In this document: positions 15,638 through 20,000 of the stretch, one piece after another
How positions within the stretch are numbered: the first letter of the stretch is position 1
How the letters are laid out: the number at the start of each line of letters is the position of its first letter
From: an uncultured virus (IMG/VR IMGVR_UViG_3300020200_000018)
Taxonomy: Duplodnaviria; Heunggongvirae; Uroviricota; Caudoviricetes
Strand: one strand, 5' to 3'
Virus record (IMG/VR): IMGVR_UViG_3300020200_000018
DNA: 20,000 bases
Made by a program: the position numbers and the translations under genes
The notes under the pieces: generated by a model
Told to the model about the DNA's origin: nothing
Seen by the model: the letters and a program-made list of their open reading frames with translations, nothing else
Database searches by the model: none

Positions 15638-16487
15638 CCTGGTCCGTTTTTGGATTATACCGCATTCCCTCGGTAAAAAAGTAATGGTCAACACAAAATC
15701 CCCATGTAGTATTCGCAGCAATAAGGTTCTTGCTAATAGAAGCCGCAGAATTTGTCGTGGGTTGGCCGTTCGCATATTGGCCCGGTTGAACAATAACCCG
15801 TGCATCCCTGGCAGGATTGCTACTAGAGAGGGCAGTATAGAGGTTTGTCTTGGCGATTTTTATAACACCCTTATGCTTTACCGGTCCGTAGAAGTATGCT
15901 TTCATCGTAAACTCTAACGTCCAAATAATGGCCCGGTGTGTTTTGAAATCATCTTCATAGGTGTCTTCCACAGATACAGAGTTTAGGATACAGGGTATAT
16001 CGAGTGCAGTTCCAATAGATGGAACGAGGTTAACTGTATGGGTCCATTCTGGAGCGAAAAACGGCAAGACTTGTTCAACAAGTTGGGCCCCATCGTCTGC
16101 GTTTTTCACATAAAAATAAAGTGAATAGTTGAGGTCCCATGCTTTTGGAGCATACTGTAAATAGGCCCGATTTTTGTCGGTTCCGGATTGGGATACTTCT
16201 TTTGAGAGGGCGGGTCTGATCCGCGTTGGATCATAGCTTATTTTCGTTAATTCGAAACTCGCGCCAGGTAATTGGACTTGGACTTTGCGGTCTATATTGG
16301 GATCCATGGTAAGCCGTACGAGCCATGCTTCCCGTGGTATATAATGCAACGGAACTGCGAGGGTTTGCTGCACGGTGCCAGCACTATCGAGCCGGACTAC
16401 TTTTAAGTCCGTAAACATATTGCCAAAGACGGCTGTATATTTCCTAATCGACTGGTTGTAAAAATGTTCTGCACCAAATCCTGGCAT
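15630..16487 (-). CDS. gp15: Tail sheath stabiliser / tail terminator
   Basis: HFYNQSIRKYTAVFGNMF, VPLHY, ISYDPTR, DDGAQLVEQVLPFFAP, DTYEDDF, IIWTLEFTMKAYFYGP. Confidence 0.96.
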   Translation of the reverse strand: MPGFGAEHFYNQSIRKYTAVFGNMFTDLKVVRLDSAGTVQQTLAVPLHYIPREAWLVRLTMDPNIDRKVQVQLPGASFELTKISYDPTRIRPALSKEVSQSGTDKNRAYLQYAPKAWDLNYSLYFYVKNADDGAQLVEQVLPFFAPEWTHTVNLVPSIGTALDIPCILNSVSVEDTYEDDFKTHRAIIWTLEFTMKAYFYGPVKHKGVIKIAKTNLYTALSSSNPARDARVIVQPGQYANGQPTTNSAASISKNLIAANTTWGFCVDHYFFTEGMRYNPKTDQDV

Positions 16488-16489
16488 CG

Positions 16490-17323
16490 TTACATCCTAT
16501 CGTCTTGCCCAAAAGGATTCGTTTCACTAAATGACAAAAACGTTGGCGCGTGTTTCATAATATATTCGTTGTTGGCTATTTTAGCTTGGGTTTCAATCCT
16601 AAATTCTTGGATGAGGTAGCTTGTTGATTCTTCGTCTTGTAAGTTATCCCCATCTTCGGTAAGGTACTGGAATAACTGGAGGTCTAATGAGTGGCTAGTT
16701 TCAGCCGCATCGATTGTCGTATTACCAGTCCTGAGCTGCTCAGAGGAGTAGCGGAATTGTTCACATTTCAAAGTATAGAGGTGCCTCTTGCCGTGTGGGT
16801 AAAAGGGATCTTCGACTCCAACGAATTTAATTTCAAAAATGGACGATGAAGGATGGAAGTAGATGAGGTCGCCTTCCATGGGGCGCGGTGATGTAATACT
16901 GTATCCATTGGCTGAGCCTGCTTCAAGGAGGATGCTGTGGCTATTACCATAGGCTGCTGTATTTGCTGTTTGGAGTTGGTAATTATAACCAACTTCATCC
17001 ATGAGCCGTTCGTTGGTTATTTGCTCCCAACGTTTTTTAGCGAGGACAAGGGTGATGCTATCCCGTAATTCTAATCCAAACTTGCCGAGGAATTCTTGGT
17101 CTCCGTCAAATGATGTCGTATTCTTGACATACATTTCAATATCGACGGCTGTAGAAAACCGTGACAAAGGATCTTCGCCAAGGAGCATATCTTGATTGAA
17201 TACGGTCCGTGGCATGTATTTCAAGTCAATACCAAATTGTTTAATGGCCTCAATGAGGAGGTCATCTTGGAGGGACTGGTGGCGGCCGTAGGTATAATTG
17301 TTAAAATAGGTGTTAGTAGCCAT
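16490..17323 (-). CDS. gp14: Neck protein
   Basis: MATNTYF, EAIKQFGIDLKYMPR, GEDPLSRF, IEMYV, KFGLELRD, RPMEGDLIYF, CEQFRYSSE, FSETNPFG. Confidence 0.96.
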   Translation of the reverse strand: MATNTYFNNYTYGRHQSLQDDLLIEAIKQFGIDLKYMPRTVFNQDMLLGEDPLSRFSTAVDIEMYVKNTTSFDGDQEFLGKFGLELRDSITLVLAKKRWEQITNERLMDEVGYNYQLQTANTAAYGNSHSILLEAGSANGYSITSPRPMEGDLIYFHPSSSIFEIKFVGVEDPFYPHGKRHLYTLKCEQFRYSSEQLRTGNTTIDAAETSHSLDLQLFQYLTEDGDNLQDEESTSYLIQEFRIETQAKIANNEYIMKHAPTFLSFSETNPFGQDDRM

Positions 17324-17329
17324 ACCTAC

Positions 17330-17337
17330 TATTTATG
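17330..17337 (-). promoter_or_regulatory. Late promoter variant CATAAATA 6 nt upstream of the gp14 start
   Basis: Minus strand CATAAATA-GTAGGT-ATG; 7/8 match to the consensus. Confidence 0.65.
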
Positions 17338-17382
17338 GCAGGTTAGGAAGATTGATTGGGCTGGATAATGGTAGTCTCAGTT

Positions 17383-18165
17383 TTAAAGGCCAGCATAATA
17401 TGTTAAGACACACAATAAGAAACTACCTACCATATCAAAGGTTGGAAGGGTCCATGCGGCTTTCAATTCATCTTCGGCATCTTTGATTTCCTTCTCTGCT
17501 TCATCATAAATTTCTTTTCCATTAAACGTTAATCCACCCAACATAGGAACGTTGCCGAATTTTTTGATGTTGCTGCCCCATTGCTTTTTGAGGAGGGAGG
17601 TAGCATATTTTTTGAGCCAGGGATCGTTCCAAATATCTGTGTAGGTGTTTGGATTAACGATTTTATAGCAATCAATGATGATGATATCACCAGCAAGTAC
17701 GTCTTGTTTCCAATCGAGGTCTATGTGGAGTTGGTGCGTCATGCGGTTCCAGCGGATGGGTTTTTTCCCGACAAAGTTTTCTTGTAGGGTTTCAACATGC
17801 CGCATGGCCATGACATAAGAGACATAGGACTGGTTGGAAAAATCAAATAGGTCATTCATGCGGAGTTGGTATCGTAGATTAAAGAGGTTATTGATATTCT
17901 GGCTCAGGCCTACGTCAAAAATACTGACTACGCCGGTAATGGTGTTATCGAGCGTCAAATATTTGTTGGTAATGTCTTCCGCTGTCAGGGTGTGTTTAAG
18001 GAAGACGCGTTCTATCCCATCGAAATGGTAATCGCGGTACATGAGGAGGGCGTCATCAACTGCATCTTCCACTTGCTCGTTATCCACGTTGATTTCCACA
18101 ACGGGATGCCCGAGTTTGCGTTTCATATAATCTATAAAGGTTGTGCGGTTCGTTGGGAACGCCAT
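17383..18165 (-). CDS. gp13: Neck protein
   Basis: RKLGHPVVEINVDNEQVEDAVDDAL, DYHFDG, YQLRMNDL, WNDPWLKKYATSLLKKQWGSNIKKF, GGLTFNGKEIYDEA. Confidence 0.97.
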   Translation of the reverse strand: MAFPTNRTTFIDYMKRKLGHPVVEINVDNEQVEDAVDDALLMYRDYHFDGIERVFLKHTLTAEDITNKYLTLDNTITGVVSIFDVGLSQNINNLFNLRYQLRMNDLFDFSNQSYVSYVMAMRHVETLQENFVGKKPIRWNRMTHQLHIDLDWKQDVLAGDIIIIDCYKIVNPNTYTDIWNDPWLKKYATSLLKKQWGSNIKKFGNVPMLGGLTFNGKEIYDEAEKEIKDAEDELKAAWTLPTFDMVGSFLLCVLTYYAGL

Positions 18166-18173
18166 ACAAATCC

Positions 18174-18638
18174 TTATTTGTGGCCGGCTAGGTACCGCGC
18201 AAGGTTAGCTTGGATCTGGAGGAATTCGCGGTAACACGTTCCTGAAATGAGGACGTCACCAGGCTTAGAAGTTAGTGCGATGGCTTGGAATGTTGGCAAA
18301 TTGGTTTCCGTGGCCACGGCCCGCTCGCATTCGCCAGAAAATGGTACAATTGGTGGAGGTGTCGTGCAGCTTCCCACCATTCCAGCCATACAGAGGAGGA
18401 GCCCGAGGACGCTGGCTTTTTGCCGCAGGGCTTTTAACTTGGCCCGTGCTTCTTGGGCCCGCTCAAGTCCTCCTGGTTTGCCCTGTGTAGCCTCCTCATG
18501 GGCCTCCAGCGCCTCCCGTTCTGCGTTTGCGACTTCTTGTTCGAACGATATGGTTTCTCTGGATTTATCGCCAGAAAAATAGTAAAGGAGTTTTGAGAAA
18601 AATGTAAATACCGCTGCGATGGCGCTAGTGATTCCCAT
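18174..18638 (-). CDS. Spanin-like membrane protein or lipoprotein in the lysis cassette
   Basis: Hydrophobic N-terminus, coiled-coil-like E/A/R stretch, then basic patch + hydrophobic run + VGSC-TTPPP; last gene of the cassette. Confidence 0.55.
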   Translation of the reverse strand: MGITSAIAAVFTFFSKLLYYFSGDKSRETISFEQEVANAEREALEAHEEATQGKPGGLERAQEARAKLKALRQKASVLGLLLCMAGMVGSCTTPPPIVPFSGECERAVATETNLPTFQAIALTSKPGDVLISGTCYREFLQIQANLARYLAGHK

Positions 18639-18639
18639 G

Positions 18640-18852
18640 TTATCCAGGCTTCTTTTCTTCTAGACTGGCTTTTTCAGCGTTTACTTTGTTAGTATACCAC
18701 GCCCACGCGCCCATTGCGCCGGCTCCAATAACTCCGAACCAGAACGCGGGATCGTGCGTATTTCCGCCTGATTTGATATACGCGACACCGGCTGTGCAAA
18801 ATGCTGCGATGGACCCGAAGACGTTGGTTGCAATATTCGCATCAAATTTCAT
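18640..18852 (-). CDS. Holin-like protein, 2 TM segments; start corrected to ATG 18852
   Basis: AAGGAGG RBS before ATG 18852; two hydrophobic helices (VFGSIAAFCTAGVAYI, AFWFGVIGAGAMGAWAWY) and a charged C-tail; near the endolysin. Confidence 0.6.
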   Translation of the reverse strand: MKFDANIATNVFGSIAAFCTAGVAYIKSGGNTHDPAFWFGVIGAGAMGAWAWYTNKVNAEKASLEEKKPG

Positions 18853-18862
18853 AGGATCCTCC

Positions 18863-19195
18863 TTAATTATCAGTTCCATTTAATGTGCTGGCATGATGAT
18901 CAAGGTGCCGTTCCTGTGTATTTTCAATCCGCTCTAATAAACCAATAATACTATTAAATTTATCGTCATCGTTTTGGCTATGCATGTTTTGCCATTGTTC
19001 GTGTTGTTTAAGGCTGCCTGTCGTTTCTGTGAGGGTAATGGCAATTCCTTGGAGTGTTGTTTTGATTGATGTAATAGAATCTACAGCCCGTTTGATCCAC
19101 CACGATATGGCTCCTACTGCGGTAGAAACAATTAAGCCAACCAGCATTATGATAACATCCATAGCCATATTTGGGGTAAAGAATTCTGCTGCCAT
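18863..19195 (-). CDS. Single-TM coiled-coil membrane protein (holin / XhlA-like architecture)
   Basis: TM segment VIIMLVGLIVSTAVGAISWWI followed by KR and a heptad-like soluble tail; directly downstream of the endolysin. Confidence 0.55.
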   Translation of the reverse strand: MAAEFFTPNMAMDVIIMLVGLIVSTAVGAISWWIKRAVDSITSIKTTLQGIAITLTETTGSLKQHEQWQNMHSQNDDDKFNSIIGLLERIENTQERHLDHHASTLNGTDN

Positions 19196-19205
19196 GTGTG
19201 TTCTC

Positions 19206-19688
19206 TTATCCGAGGACCCTCTTCAGCCACCCGCGGAGGAATTTGAGCGATGTGGGCGTTTTATCTACAATCGCCATATACCGCCGGCATGCTCCTAATT
19301 TCATTTCTGCAAGGATGAGGTCACATCCAACTGCTACGAGGCTAGCAAACGTTTGGTTGCCATATACGCCGTCCACAGTGCAGCGTCCCCCTGCCCTATT
19401 TATTGCTTCTTGGAGTAATTTTATGGCAGGAACCTGCCCCATGTTGACGGCCATATCCAAGAGGAACGTCGCAAGGTCCTGATCAGGAATATCATTCCAG
19501 CGTGGATGCCAATAATCGCGTTCATAAATTGCTTTTGCTTGGACGCTTGTGAGGGATTTAACCTCGAGGTGCGGATAGGCCCGTTGGGAGATACCAAAAT
19601 TAGTGGCGCCGCCTGGATCCGCAGGATCACAGACGTAGCCACCTTCGTGCTTGAGGACGGTTAGGATCGCAGTATTGAAAGACGCCAT
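19206..19688 (-). CDS. Endolysin, glycoside hydrolase family 108 with C-terminal peptidoglycan-binding region; start probably ATG 19688
   Basis: LKHEGGYVCDPADPGGATNFGIS catalytic signature, IYERDYW, DMAVNMG, LLQEAIN, VDGVYG, FLRGWLKRV. Confidence 0.93.
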   Translation of the reverse strand: MASFNTAILTVLKHEGGYVCDPADPGGATNFGISQRAYPHLEVKSLTSVQAKAIYERDYWHPRWNDIPDQDLATFLLDMAVNMGQVPAIKLLQEAINRAGGRCTVDGVYGNQTFASLVAVGCDLILAEMKLGACRRYMAIVDKTPTSLKFLRGWLKRVLG

Positions 19689-19698
19689 TCGTGTTGCA

Positions 19699-19705
19699 TA
19701 TTTAG
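19699..19705 (-). promoter_or_regulatory. Late promoter variant CTAAATA 10 nt upstream of endolysin ATG 19688
   Basis: Minus strand GCTAAATA-TGCAACACGA-ATG; no Shine-Dalgarno before this ATG. Confidence 0.5.
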
Positions 19706-19789
19706 CAGCTAACCATATTGTGTACGGCAGGTCCCTGCAGGTTACGTGCAATCCTTCCGCTGGCTGTCCTATTTCCTTAAACCACACAC

Positions 19790-19999
19790 CTATTCGTTGT
19801 GCTTTCCACCATAAAGCTTTTTCCATTCACCAAAATTATTGAGTATAGCTTGTGCTGGGTCCATGATGCTGCTGCCAATTATAATTCCTGTATACTCGTG
19901 GATGCATCCGATGAGTGGGCAGCTAAACAATGCGAGTGGCGAAAACGAATACGAATATAATTTTATAGGATCTGTGGGCCTGACTGTAATTGAGAAAAA
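19790..19999 (-). CDS. C-terminal part of an unknown ORF entering from the right edge
   Basis: Only minus frame open from the edge: ...FSITVRPTDPIKLYSYSFSPLALFSCPLIGCIHEYTGIIIGSSIMDPAQAILNNFGEWKKLYGGKHNE*. Confidence 0.45.
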   Translation of the reverse strand, partial: FFSITVRPTDPIKLYSYSFSPLALFSCPLIGCIHEYTGIIIGSSIMDPAQAILNNFGEWKKLYGGKHNE

Positions 20000-20000
20000 G

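Noticed and set aside
15638..15805. N-terminal extension of small terminase in the ORF track
   Set aside because: Overlaps gp15 by about 170 nt in another frame; ATG 15637 at the gp15 stop is more plausible.
2793..18165. Stop-codon recoding, introns or inteins in core genes
   Set aside because: All core genes read through intact at expected sizes in the standard code; no intein or intron-like interruptions were seen in terminase, portal or capsid.
18853..18879. Holin dual-start motif (ATG 18879 vs 18852)
   Set aside because: The upstream ATG lies within the previous gene without an RBS and is 9 codons away, unlike the lambda S M-K-M motif.
19689..19826. 46-aa N-terminal extension of the endolysin as a signal or SAR domain
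   Set aside because: Not hydrophobic enough and overlaps the upstream ORF end. GH108 enzymes usually start ~10-15 aa before EGGY, matching ATG 19688.
74..19842. All plus-strand ORFs in the track (e.g. 4892-5572, 7632-8141, 6627-7088, 2424-2675)
   Set aside because: Almost all are antisense shadows of well-supported minus-strand genes, with no recognisable motifs; the Ser/Phe-rich one simply mirrors the Glu/Asp/Lys codons of gp22.

Overview
The window is a contiguous, entirely minus-strand piece of a T4-like (myovirus) phage genome. In transcription order (right to left) it holds: a truncated unknown ORF; a lysis cassette (GH108 muramidase, two holin-like membrane proteins, an odd spanin-like or lipoprotein ORF); neck gp13 and gp14; gp15; small and large terminase; tail sheath gp18; tail tube gp19; an inserted lipoprotein; portal gp20; five small head-region ORFs; prohead protease gp21; an expanded scaffold gp22; major capsid gp23 with its terminator; two small ORFs; gp3-like tail completion protein; a ~360 bp intergenic region with a sigma70-type promoter; uvsY; and the 5' part of uvsW. 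T4 late-promoter boxes (TATAAATA and variants) precede several genes. Most interesting: (1) several small unknown proteins with T4 capsid-targeting-like leaders and gp21-type cleavage sites, i.e. candidate injected internal head proteins, one missed by the ORF track; (2) an exact 24-bp sequence shared by the uvsY leader and the end of a head-region gene 5.4 kb away; (3) a lysis-cassette protein with an internal lipobox; (4) a lipoprotein inserted between tail tube and portal. All assignments rest on recognised motifs and gene order; no database search was run.
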